From Candidatus Latescibacterota bacterium (lineage in GTDB: Bacteria; Latescibacterota; UBA2968; UBA8231), in assembly GCA_965223905.1 (NCBI GenBank), contig CBDCXV010000010.1, positions 704,001 to 768,000 on the forward strand: a stretch of 64,000 nucleotides of DNA. Direction: 5' to 3'. The notes beneath the pieces are model-generated. The model did not search any database. It worked only from the letters and a program-made list of their open reading frames with translations, and was not told the origin of the DNA. Numbering within the stretch: position 1 is the first letter of the stretch; every line of letters begins with the position of its first letter. This document shows, one piece after another, positions 19,553-34,402 of the stretch. The position numbers were made by a program, and so were the translations under genes.

Positions 19553-22456
19553 ATGGTTCGCCACGCGGCCGAGATCGGCTGGACCCCGATTTCGCCGCAG
19601 GCGGCAATGCGCAAACGGGGGGGCGAGGCCGGGATGCTGTTCCGCGACGAGCTCGAATCGACGCTCAGCCAGCTCAATCCGTGGATGTCCGCCGATACCA
19701 TTCGCCAAGTCGTCGAGAGGCTGGAAGCGGTCCCGCCGACTATCGAGGGCAACCGCGAGATGCTCTTCTGGCTGCGCGGCGATCGACAGTGGTACGACGA
19801 GGCCGAGAGCCGCAACCGGCGCGTCAAGCTCGTGGATTTCGAAAGCTCGGCAGCTAATCACCTTCACGTCACTTGGGAGTGGAGGGTCAAGCCCCCGGCT
19901 CGCAAGGGAAACCGCGCCGATGTGATGTTCGTCGTCAACGGCGTACCCGTCGCCATCGTCGAGCACAAGAACCCGAAGGACGGCAACGCCATCGAACGGG
20001 GTGTCGCGCAGCTCAAACGCTACGAACAGGAGACGCCCGAACTGATCGGCGCGCCCCAACTCTTCAACGTCACCCATCTCCTCGACTACTGGTACGGCGT
20101 GACCTGGAATGCCAACCGGCGTTTCATGGCGCGGTGGAAGCAAGAGCCGGAGGAGAGCTACCGGTTTGCCGTTCAGGCGTTCTTCGAGCCGGCCGACTTC
20201 CTGCGCACGCTCCAGCACTGGATTCTCTTCTACGTCGAGGACGAGGAGACACGCAAATCCGTTCTGCGCCAGCACCAGCGCGTCGCCATCGACAAGATCG
20301 TTCAGAGGTGCGAGGACCGGGCAAGGAGGCGCGGGTTGATCTGGCACACCCAAGGCTCGGGCAAGACGTTCACCCTGCTGAGCGCCGCGCGCCTGGTCCT
20401 GGGACAGAAGGATCGGTTCGGCAACGCCACTGTCATCCTCGTCGCCGACCGCACGGAGCTCGAAGGCCAGCTCAAGGGCTGGGTCGAGAGGCTGTTGGGC
20501 GAGATGCAGCAGCAGGAGATCCCGGTCAGGCGAGCGAGCTCCAGGGCCGGAATGGAGGAGCTGCTCGAGACCGACAAACGCGGTCTGATCATCTCGATGA
20601 TCCACAAGTTCGAGAGGATCGCCAGGGACGCCAACACCCGCGACAACATCTACGTCTTCATCGACGAGGCACATCGCTCAGTAGCCAGGGACCTCGGCAC
20701 CTACCTGATGGCCGCAGTGCCGAACGCCACCATCATCGGCTTCACCGGCACCCCGATCGCCAGGACCGCGCATGGCGAAGGGACCTTCAAGATCTTCGGT
20801 GCCGACGACGAGCAGGGCTATCTCGACAAGTATTCGATCCGGGAGTCCATCGAGGACGAGACCACGCTACCTCTCCGCCATACCATGGCGCCAAGCAGCA
20901 TGACGGTTCCTGCCGAGCGGCTCGACAGGGAGTTCTTTGAGTTGGCCGAAGCCGAGGGAGTCACCGACGTCGACGAGCTCAACAGGGTCCTCGACCGGGC
21001 CGTGGGCCTGCGCACCTTCCTGACGGCCGACGACCGCATCGAGAAAGTGGCAGCGTTCGTAGCGGATCACTTCAAGCAGAACGTGCTGCCACTCGGCTTC
21101 AAGTCATTTCTCGTCGGCGTCAATCGGGAAGCCTGCGCCAAGTACAAACGCGCCCTCGACAGGCTGCTGCCGCCCGAGTGGTCGGAGGCGATGTACACCC
21201 CGAACCCCACGGATGCCGTCGACCGTCCGCTGGTCGCGGAACTGCAGCTCTCGCCCGAACGCGAGGGGGACGTACGCCTCATGTTCAAGAAGGCCAACGA
21301 GAATCCGAAAATTCTGATCGTCACCGACAAGCTGCTGACCGGGTACGACGCGCCGCTGCTTTACTGCATGTACCTCGACAAGCCGATGTGCGACCACGTG
21401 CTCCTGCAGGCGATCGCGCGCGTCAACCGCCCATGCGCGGACGACGACGTCCGCAAACGCATCGGTCTCGTCGTCGACTTCGTCGGCGTGCTGCGCGAGC
21501 TGAAAAAGGCATTGCGGTTCGACTCGTCCGATATCAGCGGCGTGATCGAGGATCTCGCTCTCCTGTTTCAGGATTTCCTTGAGAAGATCGAGCGGGTAAA
21601 AAACGAGTACCTCGCGGGCGGAGAGCCCGGGGATGAAGACGAGCGCCTCGAGCAGATGGTGTACGGGCGTTTTCTCACCTCGGAATCGCGCAAGGCATTC
21701 TTCGAAGATTGGAAAGAGATCGAGGCCCTCTGGGAGATACTGTCCCCCGCACCGGAACTGCGCGACCACATCGATACCTTCAAGCGGCTGGCGGAGCTGT
21801 ACACGGTCGTCCGCAACGCCTACGAGGGACGCGCTACTTACGTGTCCGACCTCGGCCGCAAGACACATGGGCTGGTTCAGGACAGCGCTGTCCAGGGGGG
21901 CCTTGGAAACTTGGTCAGGACCGTGACGTTCGACTCGAGTACCGTCCAAGCGCTTCGCGGCGAGCAGGGCTCGGACGAAGCCAAGGTCTTCAATCTCGTG
22001 CGGGGGTTGCGCGCCGAGATCGATAGCGACCGGGACAAAGCTGCCGTGCTGCAACCGCTCAGGGAACGCGCCGAGCGAATCCTCGAAGATCTCGAGAACC
22101 GCAGCAGCACCAGTCTCGCGGCACTGGACCAACTGGAGATGCTTGCAAAGGAGAAGGAAAAGGCCGACAGGGCCGCGCAAGAGAGCGGCCTGTCTGCCCG
22201 CGCCTTCGGTGTGTACTGGAACCTCAAGGATGAGAAGGCGCTCCGGGCCGCGGGCATTGCCGCAGTAGAGCTGGCGCAGGAAGCCGAATCCCTCCACGCC
22301 CGTTTTCCGAACGCGGCTCAGAACGCCGACGAACAGCGCCGGCTGCGGGCGGCCCTTTACCGGCCCCTTCTCGGTGTCCCCGGCGATGAACGGGTGCGAA
22401 TCGTCGAAGCCGTAATCGAAATCCTGCTGGATACCGGTCCCGATGCGGGATCGTGA
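19553..22456 (+). CDS. hsdR: Type I R-M restriction subunit
   Basis: Nuclease [19 protein letters not shown], Walker [34 protein letters not shown]. The true start may lie slightly upstream. Confidence 0.92.
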   Translation: MVRHAAEIGWTPISPQAAMRKRGGEAGMLFRDELESTLSQLNPWMSADTIRQVVERLEAVPPTIEGNREMLFWLRGDRQWYDEAESRNRRVKLVDFESSAANHLHVTWEWRVKPPARKGNRADVMFVVNGVPVAIVEHKNPKDGNAIERGVAQLKRYEQETPELIGAPQLFNVTHLLDYWYGVTWNANRRFMARWKQEPEESYRFAVQAFFEPADFLRTLQHWILFYVEDEETRKSVLRQHQRVAIDKIVQRCEDRARRRGLIWHTQGSGKTFTLLSAARLVLGQKDRFGNATVILVADRTELEGQLKGWVERLLGEMQQQEIPVRRASSRAGMEELLETDKRGLIISMIHKFERIARDANTRDNIYVFIDEAHRSVARDLGTYLMAAVPNATIIGFTGTPIARTAHGEGTFKIFGADDEQGYLDKYSIRESIEDETTLPLRHTMAPSSMTVPAERLDREFFELAEAEGVTDVDELNRVLDRAVGLRTFLTADDRIEKVAAFVADHFKQNVLPLGFKSFLVGVNREACAKYKRALDRLLPPEWSEAMYTPNPTDAVDRPLVAELQLSPEREGDVRLMFKKANENPKILIVTDKLLTGYDAPLLYCMYLDKPMCDHVLLQAIARVNRPCADDDVRKRIGLVVDFVGVLRELKKALRFDSSDISGVIEDLALLFQDFLEKIERVKNEYLAGGEPGDEDERLEQMVYGRFLTSESRKAFFEDWKEIEALWEILSPAPELRDHIDTFKRLAELYTVVRNAYEGRATYVSDLGRKTHGLVQDSAVQGGLGNLVRTVTFDSSTVQALRGEQGSDEAKVFNLVRGLRAEIDSDRDKAAVLQPLRERAERILEDLENRSSTSLAALDQLEMLAKEKEKADRAAQESGLSARAFGVYWNLKDEKALRAAGIAAVELAQEAESLHARFPNAAQNADEQRRLRAALYRPLLGVPGDERVRIVEAVIEILLDTGPDAGS

Positions 22457-22826
22457 GGATCGGCGCGGAATCATTCGCGATCAGGTCGAATCCTGGGCGC
22501 AACGGCTCGGTGTCCGCCCGAGGCTCGTTCGAGTCCAGCGCATGACCCGGAAGTGGGGTTCCTGCTCGACCTCCGGGATCGTTACGCTCGCGGTCGATCT
22601 CGCCGATCAGGACCCGGGATTCCGCGACTTCGTCATCGCCCACGAGCTGCTGCACCTGCGCATTCCCAATCACGGACGGTTGTTCAAGGCGTTGATGGCG
22701 GTTCACGTCCCCGATTGGAAGAAGTACGACGTGGGGAAGCAGGGGGCGGGTGCGGCGCACAGGTGCCTGAAGGAGGAGGGGCCACAACTCCCCAAGGGCA
22801 ATTCCTTGATGAAGCCTATCCTATAA
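22443..22826 (+). CDS. M48/YgjP (DUF45, SprT-like) metallopeptidase, short form
   Basis: [24 protein letters not shown] (HExxH); usual hsdR neighbour. Confidence 0.85.
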   Translation: MRDREDRRGIIRDQVESWAQRLGVRPRLVRVQRMTRKWGSCSTSGIVTLAVDLADQDPGFRDFVIAHELLHLRIPNHGRLFKALMAVHVPDWKKYDVGKQGAGAAHRCLKEEGPQLPKGNSLMKPIL

Positions 22827-22866
22827 TCCCTTGATGAAGCCTATTAATGATGAAGCCTATTAATGA
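22804..22866. repeat. AT-rich imperfect tandem repeat, core TGATGAAGCCTAT x3
   Basis: ccttgatgaagcctat (22804), ccttgatgaagcctat (22829), taatgatgaagcctat (22845), then taatga. Confidence 0.85.
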
Positions 22867-22951
22867 ATGGCACCTGGCAAGCCGGGATTTCGGGCGCCCT
22901 GCCCCGATCGCCGGTCTGCGCTGGGCCATCTCGCCCTGAGAGCGTAATTAA

Positions 22952-25752
22952 GTGAACGGCGCGGTCGCCATCCGCGGGGCCGCGGAGAACAACCTCCGCG
23001 AAGTCGACGTCGACCTGCCGCACCGGAAGCTCGTGGCGGTCAGCGGGGTCTCGGGCTCGGGGAAATCCTCGCTGGTGTTCGACACCCTCTATGCCGAGGC
23101 ACGCCGGCGCTTCCTCGCCGCGCTCGCAACCGGGAGGGCCGGAGGCCCGGCACCCCCCCGGTTGCGCCGGCCCCGGGTCGCCCGCATCGACGGGCTTGCC
23201 CCTGCTCTGGCCACGGACCAGGCGCGCTCCGGGGGAAGCAACCCCCGCTCGACCGCGGCGACCGCGGCAGGTCTCTACGACTACGTCCGCGCGCTCTTTG
23301 CCAAGGTCGGAAACCCCCACTGCCTGGGGTGCGGCGCCGCGGTACACTCGCACCGCTTCGAGGAGCTGCTCGAAACCGCCTCCGCTCTGTCTGAAGGCAC
23401 GCGTCTCGTCGTCCTGGCGCCGCTTCCGTTCCGGCTTCGGCATGGGGACGACGACCTGCTGCAGGAGGTGGAAAAAACCGGGTACACGCGGCTGCGGCTG
23501 CGCGGGGAGACCCCCGTTCTCGAGGAGATCGACCCGCAGGAGCTCGCCGCGGCCATCGCCTCCGGGGAGGCGGTGGACATCGTCGTCGACCGGCTGGTCG
23601 TCAAGCCGGAGTCCATGGGACGCCTGCGGGGCTCGCTGGAGGCCGCGGTCGATTCGGGCGAAGGACGCGTAGCCCTGTGGGAGCCGGGAAAGGAGCCGGA
23701 TCGCTTCTCGGTCCGCCCCTCCTGTTCCGCGTGCGGGCGCCCTTTCAAGGCGATGACTCCGTCCCTCTTTTCCTTCAACAGTGCCCAAGGGGCCTGCGGG
23801 GAATGCCGCGGACTCGGGGCCCGCCGCGGCGCCGGTCCCGACCTGCTGCTGGGGTCCGAATCGGTCAGCGAGACCCTCTCCCCCTTGTGGGACGACTTCG
23901 GACACGACGGGCTGCGCCGCGAGGTGATGCGGTTCTGCGAGCGCCGCGAGGTCGATCCCGAGCAGCCGGCGGGTACCTGGCCGGCGAAAACCTTCGAGCG
24001 GTTCTGGGGCGGAGAGCGCGGCCGCGGCCGCTTCAGGGGGATCAGCGCCTGGCTCGACAGCCTGGCGGCGAAAGCGCAGGGAGAGGAGCTGGCCTGGATC
24101 GAGGAACGGACCGCCGACACCGTCTGCGCGACCTGCTCGGGCAGGCGGCTGAACCCCGAGGCGCTCGCCGTCGAGGTGGGCGGCCTCGATATCGCCTCGT
24201 TCCTGGCGCTGACCATGGACGAGGCCGGGGAGTTTGCGCGTTCGGTCTCCTTCGAGGGCGTCGCCGGCATCGTCGCCGCTCCCCTGCTCGAACAGATTGC
24301 CGGCAGGACAGCGATTCTCGGCGACCTCGGACTCGGCTACCTCACCTTCGACCGGCCTGCCGACACCCTGTCGAGCGGCGAGTTCCAGCGCCTGCGTCTG
24401 GCAGGGGGTCTCGGCTCGGGACTTTCCCAGGTGCTCTACCTCCTCGACGAGCCGAGCGCCGGCCTCCACGCCCGCGACGCCGGGCGCCTGGGGCGGGCCC
24501 TGCGCGGGCTGACCGAGGCGGGAAACACGGCGGTTTTCGTCGAGCACGACCCGGCGCTGATCCGGCAGGCGGACTACGCCGTCGATCTCGGCCCGGGAGC
24601 CGGGTCGCAAGGGGGAGAGGTGGTGGCGGCTGGAACGCCTGACGAGCTGGCCGCAGCCGGATCCCCTACCGGCCGCTACCTCGCCTCCGGGTTCCGCTGG
24701 CCTTCCGCCCGGCCCCGGCGGGACGCAGCCGCTGCTACCGTTCTGCGAATCGAGGCCGCGGCCGGCAACAACCTCAAGGGGATCGCCGTCGACATTCCCC
24801 TGGGACTGTTCGTCTGCGTCACCGGGGTGTCCGGTTCCGGAAAGAGCAGCCTGGTTCAGCACACTCTCTACCCGGCGTTGGCGGGCAAGCTGCAGAATTC
24901 CCGGCGGCGGCCTCTCCCCCACGGCGGCCTCTCCGGGACCGAGCACCTCGAGCGGGTGATCGCAGTGGACCAGCGGCCCCTGGGGCGCGGCTCGCGCTCG
25001 AACGCGGCGACCTGCACCGGAATACTCACCGAGTTGAGGGGTCTGTTCGCCAGGCTCCGCGAGGCGCGGGTACGCGGGTACCGCCCCTCCCACTTCAGCT
25101 TCAACGCCGGCGAGGGGGCCTGCGCCTCCTGCCGGGGCAGCGGACTGGCCGCGGGCGCCGGCCCGCTTCTCAGCGGCCTGCGGAACCCCTGCCCGGGCTG
25201 CGACGGCCGCCGCTACAATTCCGAGGTGCTCCAGGTCCGCTACCGCGGCCTTTCCATAGCCGACGTCCTCGACCTGACCGTGGCGGAGTCCCTGTCCCTG
25301 TTCGAAGCCATCCCCGGCCTCGCCCGCCGCCTGCGCCTCCTCGCCGAGCTCGGTCTCGGGTACCTGCCTCTGCGGCAGTCGGCCTCCGACCTGTCGGGGG
25401 GCGAGGCGCAACGGGTCAAGCTGGCCGCGGAGCTGAGCCGGCCGCAGCGGCAGCGGACCCTCTACATTCTCGACGAGCCGACAAGCGGCCTGCACCTCGA
25501 CGACATCGGTTTCCTGGTCGAGCTGCTGCAGCGGCTCGTCGACCGCGACAACACGGTGCTGGTGGTCGAGCACTGCATCGAGCTGATCGCCGCCGCAGAC
25601 TGGGTGATCGACATCGGGCCCGAGGCCGGGACCGGCGGCGGAGAGCTCGTCGCCGCGGGCACACCGGAGCAGGTGGCCGAGGTGGCCGCTTCCTGGACGG
25701 GCCGCTATCTGCGACCGCATCTCGAGTCAGCGGAAACCCGGGGAGACGGGAC

Positions 25753-25756
<4 letters not shown>
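22952..25756 (+). CDS. uvrA: Excinuclease ABC subunit A (divergent, possibly a second copy)
   Basis: Two GVSGSGKSS Walker A motifs, signatures LSSGEFQR and [12 protein letters not shown] Walker B, CxxC zinc modules, FSFNS. Confidence 0.88.
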
Positions 25757-28891
<3,135 letters not shown>

Positions 28892-28893
28892 TT

Positions 28894-28925
28894 CAAGGGG
28901 TGCGAGGCGCGCCTCGCACCCCTTG
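28894..28925. repeat. Perfect 32-bp palindrome (REP-like or terminator hairpin)
   Basis: CAAGGGGTGCGAGGCG|CGCCTCGCACCCCTTG directly after the metG stop. Confidence 0.8.
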
Positions 28926-29008
28926 CACGGCACCCTTTATTGAAAGGCGAAAGGCGTCCGGGGCCGGCGGTATTTTTCGGCCCTTTTTGGGCGGCGGGAA
29001 AACTGGAA

Positions 29009-29998
29009 ATGAACCGGATCAGGATGGGCTTCATCGGCTGCGGCGGCAACGCCTCCAGCCACATAGGGAGGGTTCTCGGCTTTCCCGAGGTCGAGGTCGC
29101 CGCCCTCGCCGACGTCAGCGAAGAAGCCATCGAACGGGTGCGCCAACGCCACGGACAGCTGGCGCACACTCCCGCTTTCGTCGACTACCGCGAGCTTCTC
29201 GCCGGCCCCGACCTCGACGCCGTCGAGATCTCCACTCCCCACACCCTCCACTACGAGCAGATCATGGCGAGCCTCGACCGCGGCCTCCACGTGCTGACGG
29301 AAAAGCCGATGGTCTGCCGCGTCGACCACGCCCGCGACGTCATCGCCGGGTCCGAGCGCGCCGGCAAGCTGCTGATGGTTTCCTATCAGCGGCACCTCGC
29401 CGCGGAGTTCCGCTTCGTGCGCAACCAGGTACTGTGCGGAGAGCTCGGGGAGATCCAGTTCATTTCCGCGCTCCAGGATCAGCGCTGGCACCTGGGATCG
29501 CGGGGAACCTGGCGCCAGCAGATGGCCCTCAGCGGCGGCGGCCAGCTCAACGACTCGGGAAGCCATCTGCTCGACATCCTGCTGTGGATGACCGGCCTCG
29601 AAGCCGCCGAGGTCCACGCCTTCATGGAGAACTTCGAATCCGAGGTGGACATCAACTCGGCGATGAACGTGAGATTCGCCAACGGCGCCCTCGGGAACAT
29701 ATCCGTCGTCGGCAACTCTCCTGCATCCGGGATCTGGGAGGACATCACGATCTGGGGAACCAGGGCCGCGGTGATGATGCGCAACGGCCGCATCACCTGG
29801 AGGGAAGCAGGCGCCGAGCCATGCGAGCCGGCCAACCTTCCCGGGGGCAGCACCCCGGACCGCAACTTCGTCGACGCCATCCTCGGCCGCGACGAGGTCC
29901 AGGTGCCGCCGCAGTGCGGCCTGCGGGTCATCGAGCTGACCGAGGCGGCCTGGGAATCGGCGCGGACCGGCAGGCCGGCCGCGATCTCGCGCTCGTAG
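29009..29998 (+). CDS. Gfo/Idh/MocA family oxidoreductase
   Basis: GFIGCGG, STPHTLH, HVLTEKPM, GGGQLNDSGSHLLD. Confidence 0.92.
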   Translation: MNRIRMGFIGCGGNASSHIGRVLGFPEVEVAALADVSEEAIERVRQRHGQLAHTPAFVDYRELLAGPDLDAVEISTPHTLHYEQIMASLDRGLHVLTEKPMVCRVDHARDVIAGSERAGKLLMVSYQRHLAAEFRFVRNQVLCGELGEIQFISALQDQRWHLGSRGTWRQQMALSGGGQLNDSGSHLLDILLWMTGLEAAEVHAFMENFESEVDINSAMNVRFANGALGNISVVGNSPASGIWEDITIWGTRAAVMMRNGRITWREAGAEPCEPANLPGGSTPDRNFVDAILGRDEVQVPPQCGLRVIELTEAAWESARTGRPAAISRS

Positions 29999-30005
29999 CT
30001 GCCTG

Positions 30006-30713
30006 ATGGGGGCGTACCGCATCGAAAGGCTGTTTCGCGCCCCCTGCGGCGTTCCCAACGGGCTGCAGGTAACCGCCGAAGGCCTGTGGATCGCCGATCA
30101 GATCACCGACCGCGTCGCCCTCGTCGAAATCGCCGAGCCCTCGATCTACGGGGTCACGCGGTGGCTGCGGGAGGTGCCGAGCGAGAGCTCGAACACCAGC
30201 GGCTTGGCGTACGGCGACGGCGCCCTGTGGCTGGCGGCAAACGGCGACGGCAGCATGTGGCGGCCGCTGCGGGAAACCGACGCCGGGAGAGGCGAGATCC
30301 TCAGGATCGACCCCCGTACCGGAAAGACCCTGGCCCGCTTCCGGGTCCCCGGGGACGGCGGCGTACACGGCATCGAGTACGACCACATCGAAAGCGGCTA
30401 CCTCTGGGTGACCACCCTCGCCGACCAGACGCTCACCAAGGTCGCCGTAGAAAACTGGGAGGTTGCGCACGCCATCCCCCTTCCGTACGGGCGCGCCCAC
30501 GGCGTCGTGCGCACCTCCGGAGGCGTCTGGGTGGTGTTCACCAGCGACCGCGTCATCCTCAAGCTCGACCTCGACGACGGCACGGAGCTCGAGCGCATTG
30601 TCGTGCCCGGCTCCGCACCCGAGCCCCATGGACTCTCCATCTGCGGCGACGACCTGCTCTACTGCGACGCGACGTCGGGGTGGATCACCCGAATATCCGG
30701 AGAGAGGTTATGA
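30006..30713 (+). CDS. Beta-propeller protein (Vgb/glutaminyl-cyclase-like repeats), function unknown
   Basis: Repeated PNGL/TSGL/VHGI/AHGV/PHGL..LW blades. Confidence 0.6.
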   Translation: MGAYRIERLFRAPCGVPNGLQVTAEGLWIADQITDRVALVEIAEPSIYGVTRWLREVPSESSNTSGLAYGDGALWLAANGDGSMWRPLRETDAGRGEILRIDPRTGKTLARFRVPGDGGVHGIEYDHIESGYLWVTTLADQTLTKVAVENWEVAHAIPLPYGRAHGVVRTSGGVWVVFTSDRVILKLDLDDGTELERIVVPGSAPEPHGLSICGDDLLYCDATSGWITRISGERL

Positions 30714-31237
30714 TCAAGGAACGATTGCACCAGAACGAACCTCGAAGGCGCTGGCCGCGAGCCGTTCCGGCCTGCCTGGTCGCCGCCGCGGCATGGCTTT
30801 CGGCCTGCGACTCCACCAATCCATCCTCCGACCCGGAGACCGGCACCCCCGGGGAGGCAGTGATTTTCGAGATAGACGAGGAGGCCATGGCCAATCCCGG
30901 CTCGACCGCCAGCGGTCTGCAGTTCATCGTAATCGAAGAGGGCAGCGGGGAGTCTCCTCCCGCGGGCAGCAGGGTGCGCGTCCACTACACCGGCATGCTC
31001 GAAGACGGGACCGTTTTCGACAGCTCCTACAAGCGCAACCAGCCGTTCGAGTTCGAACTCGGCATAGGACAGGTGATCCCCGGCTGGGACGAGGGCATCG
31101 CCTTGATGAAGATGGGCGCGAAATACCGGCTCATCATTCCGCCCGAGCTGGGATACGGAGAGCGCGGCGCCGGCGGCGGGTTGATTCCCCCGAACGCCAC
31201 CCTGCTCTTCGACGTCGAGCTGCTGAGGTTCTCGTAG
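30710..31237 (+). CDS. FKBP-type peptidyl-prolyl isomerase, lipoprotein
   Basis: Lipobox LSAC; [45 protein letters not shown]. Confidence 0.93.
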   Translation: MIKERLHQNEPRRRWPRAVPACLVAAAAWLSACDSTNPSSDPETGTPGEAVIFEIDEEAMANPGSTASGLQFIVIEEGSGESPPAGSRVRVHYTGMLEDGTVFDSSYKRNQPFEFELGIGQVIPGWDEGIALMKMGAKYRLIIPPELGYGERGAGGGLIPPNATLLFDVELLRFS

Positions 31238-31286
31238 GGGACGACGGGAAGCCCCACGCAGAAGCACCGACAGCGTGAGCTTGTGC

Positions 31287-32225
31287 ATGTCCGACCAGGA
31301 ACTGATCTGTCCCCGGCGCCGCTGGGGTAAAACGGAGATCTCGATACCGGTCGTTCCTTACGGCACCCAGGGATTCGGCAATTACTTCGGGCCGGTGAGC
31401 GAGGAGGAGGCCGCGGGCCTGATCCGCCGCGCCGTCGACATCGGGGTAAACCACTTCGACTGCGCACGCTGCTACGGAGACTCGCTGGGCAAGCTCGGGG
31501 CGGCGATCAAGCGGGAAGTGGTGTCCCGCGAGGAGATCGTCGTCAGCGGGCGCGTCTGCTGCCACAGCGCCGCCCCCTGGGGCGGGTACGGAGAGGGAGA
31601 CCCTGACTACTCGCGAGACCGCGTCCTCGCCGACGTCCAGGACCAGCTCGCCATCCTGGGAACCGACCATTTCGACGTGCTCCTGATTCACGATCCGCCG
31701 GCCATGGAGCCGACCCTGGCGGGCGGCGGCACCCTCGAGGGCCTGGAAGCAGCGCGCGAGCGCGGTTGGGTCCGCTGGCTCGGGTACGGCATGCGCCCCC
31801 ACGATTTCCACGGCGCCGCCATCCCTTCGGGCCGCACCGACGTGCTGCTGACCTTCAGCGACTACAATCTCCTGGACAGGACCGCGGCCCCCGGCCTCCT
31901 CGGCGCTGCGGCCGACAGCGACATGGGGGTCCTCAACGGCTGGTCGATCATGCGCGGTTGGCTTACGGGAACCCCGGGAGAAAGGATCGCCCCGCGGGAC
32001 CAATGGAGGGACGACCACCATCGCGCCGAGGCGATGCGGCTGTGGTGCGAGAAGCGGGGCCTGTCGCTGCTGCAGCTGGCGATTCAGTTCTGCCTGCGCG
32101 AGCCGCGCATACACGGGAACCCGATCGGCAGCCTCACCATCGAGCAGCTGGAGATGAACGTGCGCGCCGCGGCCACGACGATCGACGACGGAGTGATCGC
32201 CGAGTTCGAACGCGCCGCCCTGTAG
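31287..32225 (+). CDS. Aldo/keto reductase
   Basis: GVNHFDCARCYG, LLIHDP, QLAIQFCL, IEQLEMN. Confidence 0.88.
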   Translation: MSDQELICPRRRWGKTEISIPVVPYGTQGFGNYFGPVSEEEAAGLIRRAVDIGVNHFDCARCYGDSLGKLGAAIKREVVSREEIVVSGRVCCHSAAPWGGYGEGDPDYSRDRVLADVQDQLAILGTDHFDVLLIHDPPAMEPTLAGGGTLEGLEAARERGWVRWLGYGMRPHDFHGAAIPSGRTDVLLTFSDYNLLDRTAAPGLLGAAADSDMGVLNGWSIMRGWLTGTPGERIAPRDQWRDDHHRAEAMRLWCEKRGLSLLQLAIQFCLREPRIHGNPIGSLTIEQLEMNVRAAATTIDDGVIAEFERAAL

Positions 32226-32533
32226 CCCCCACCTGAAGTGCCTGCAGTCGCGGACGGGACCTCGTCCGGGGACCCACCTGCGGTTCGACCCGTCTCCTCC
32301 GCTGTACGATCTTACCCTCGAGCTGCCGAAGACAGGGCGCGTCCGCGAGATGGGTTGGGTACCCACCAAGAGGAGCGCATTGCTGAACTCGGCTTCAGCG
32401 GGCGTTTGCGACCGCGCAATTCCTTTCCCGTCACATCGCCGGAAGGGCTGGCTGCCGAGTGAACGCGGACCGAGACGGGCTTTTTAACGGACTCACCGGC
32501 GCAGGCGTCAGCCTGCCAACACACCAAAGAGGA

Positions 32534-33559
32534 ATGACCATGAAGCTGGCCATGCTGTACGGGCCGCAGGACCTGCATATCGAGGAGCGGGAGCTGGACA
32601 CCGCGAACCTCGGGCCCACCGAAATCCACGTGCGCACTCTGATTTCCGCCCTCAAGATCGGGACCGACCGGGGCAACTACGAAGGAGCGGAGCGGGTTCC
32701 GGGGGCCCCGGACTACCCGCGCCAAGTCGGCGACAGCAACCTCGGGGTCGTCGAGGCGGTCGGCGAGCAGGTTACGAGGTTCAAGCCCGGCGACCGGGTC
32801 GTGTCACGCGTCTGGCACCAGTCGGAGTACGTCGCCGAGGCGGACGGCTCCTGGCAGATCGTCAAGGTGCCGGAAGGCGTCGACCCGGAAGACGCCGTAT
32901 GGTCGCAGCTGTACACCCTCAGCGCCCACTGTTACCGCAAGGCCTGGTTCACCCCCGGAGAAACCGTCGCCGTCGTCGGCCTGGGCATCCTCGGCATGGG
33001 GGCGGTGGCGCTGGGACCCTGCTTCGGGGCACGGGTCATCGGCCTGGGCAACAGCCCCGTGCGCATGGACACGGCGCGCAGGATGGGCGCCCACGCCTGC
33101 TTCGCATCGGGCGATCCCGGACTGGCGGAGAAGATCGGCGCCTTCACCGACGGCATCGGGGTCGACCTCGTGATCCTCACCGCCAACCCGTGGCCGGCCC
33201 TGCGCACGTCGCTCGACGTGGTGCGCAGCAACGGCCGCGTCTCCATCGTCAGCCTTCCCGGCCGCGGCGAGCAGCCCCTCGACCACAACCCGCTGGCGAT
33301 GGAGCGCTTCTATATCAAGGGGATCTCGCTGATCGCGGTTTCGGAGCAGAGCGGCTATCTCTTCCCCACCGGCGGGGACCGCTTCGCCTGGCGCACAGCC
33401 TGCGCCCACACCCTGTCGCTGATGGCCGACGGCAGGCTGGAGCCCCGGCACACGATCACGCACCGGCTGAGCTACACAGAAATGAAGACCGCCTACGACA
33501 AGATCTTCAGCCGCGACAAGGACATGCTGGGGGTGATCTTCGACTGGCGCGACGCCTGA
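32534..33559 (+). CDS. MDR-family (alcohol dehydrogenase-like) oxidoreductase
   Basis: GroES-like N-terminus, VVGLGILG Rossmann motif, ITHRL; lacks the classical C..GHE zinc ligands. Confidence 0.82.
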   Translation: MTMKLAMLYGPQDLHIEERELDTANLGPTEIHVRTLISALKIGTDRGNYEGAERVPGAPDYPRQVGDSNLGVVEAVGEQVTRFKPGDRVVSRVWHQSEYVAEADGSWQIVKVPEGVDPEDAVWSQLYTLSAHCYRKAWFTPGETVAVVGLGILGMGAVALGPCFGARVIGLGNSPVRMDTARRMGAHACFASGDPGLAEKIGAFTDGIGVDLVILTANPWPALRTSLDVVRSNGRVSIVSLPGRGEQPLDHNPLAMERFYIKGISLIAVSEQSGYLFPTGGDRFAWRTACAHTLSLMADGRLEPRHTITHRLSYTEMKTAYDKIFSRDKDMLGVIFDWRDA

Positions 33560-33581
33560 GAGGCCTCCGCGCCACATGGCG

Positions 33582-34379
33582 CTACCGGTAGGCGGCCACC
33601 GCCTGCGCCGCCCCGTGACCGATCAGCTCGATCTCGGTCTCCATCTCGAAATAGCGGCAGCCTTTTTCGATCCAGCGCCTGCCTGCCTCCGGACTCGACG
33701 CGGTGGTACCGAAGGCGATGCCGCGCGAGAGGCAGACCTGCAGGACCCTCTCCATCCCTGCGAGCACGTCGGGATGGTCGTAGTCTCCGGGGTGCCCCAT
33801 TTCGATGGCGAAGTCGTAGGGGCCGACGTAGATGACGTCGAGATGGGGGGTTGCTGCGATCTCCTCGACGTTCTCCAGCCCGCACGCCGTCTCGATGTGG
33901 GCGACGACCACGGTCGCCTGGTTGGCCTTGCGCAGCCAGGCGGCGTGATCGTCGGGCAGGGCGTAGTCGGTGTTGCCGTATCCGGGCGCTCCAGCCCGGG
34001 TTCCGAGAGGCGGGAACTTCACGTAGTCGACGACGGCGGCCAGCTGCTCGCGGCTCTCCGTCCTCGGCAGCTGAATTCCCGTTACTCCGGCTTCGAGGAG
34101 ACGCCCTGTCTCGGCGCGGTTGAGCTCCCCGAGCTTCGAGATCGCAGGCAGGCGGTTGTCGCGGGCGGCGAGCACGAAATCGGTCAGCTCGGGGCCGTCG
34201 AAGAGCCCGTGCTCCTTCTCGATGTAGACGAAGTCCATGCCGGCGAGGGCGTACAGCTTGGCGAGCGATGGCCGCAGGTACTCCATCGCCGTCAGGCCGA
34301 GGGAAACCTCTCCCGACTTCAGGCGGCGTTTGAAGCCGCGGCCGAGGGCGGTCGGGTCGGGCTGTCTGGTTCGGGGCAT
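33582..34379 (-). CDS. HpcH/HpaI aldolase family protein
   Basis: DFVYIEKEHG, KFPPLGTR, AHIET, YVGPYDF. Confidence 0.9.
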   Translation of the reverse strand: MPRTRQPDPTALGRGFKRRLKSGEVSLGLTAMEYLRPSLAKLYALAGMDFVYIEKEHGLFDGPELTDFVLAARDNRLPAISKLGELNRAETGRLLEAGVTGIQLPRTESREQLAAVVDYVKFPPLGTRAGAPGYGNTDYALPDDHAAWLRKANQATVVVAHIETACGLENVEEIAATPHLDVIYVGPYDFAIEMGHPGDYDHPDVLAGMERVLQVCLSRGIAFGTTASSPEAGRRWIEKGCRYFEMETEIELIGHGAAQAVAAYR

Positions 34380-34402
34380 CGGTCCTTACTCCAGTGGTCG
34401 GG

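Noticed and set aside
22804-22866. Possible mini-CRISPR array
   Set aside because: The 13-16 bp units have 0-9 nt gaps, no spacer-sized unique sequence, and there are no cas genes in the window.
32226-32533. 300-nt gap with short ORFs and weak inverted repeats
   Set aside because: No recognisable protein motif or convincing RNA structure.
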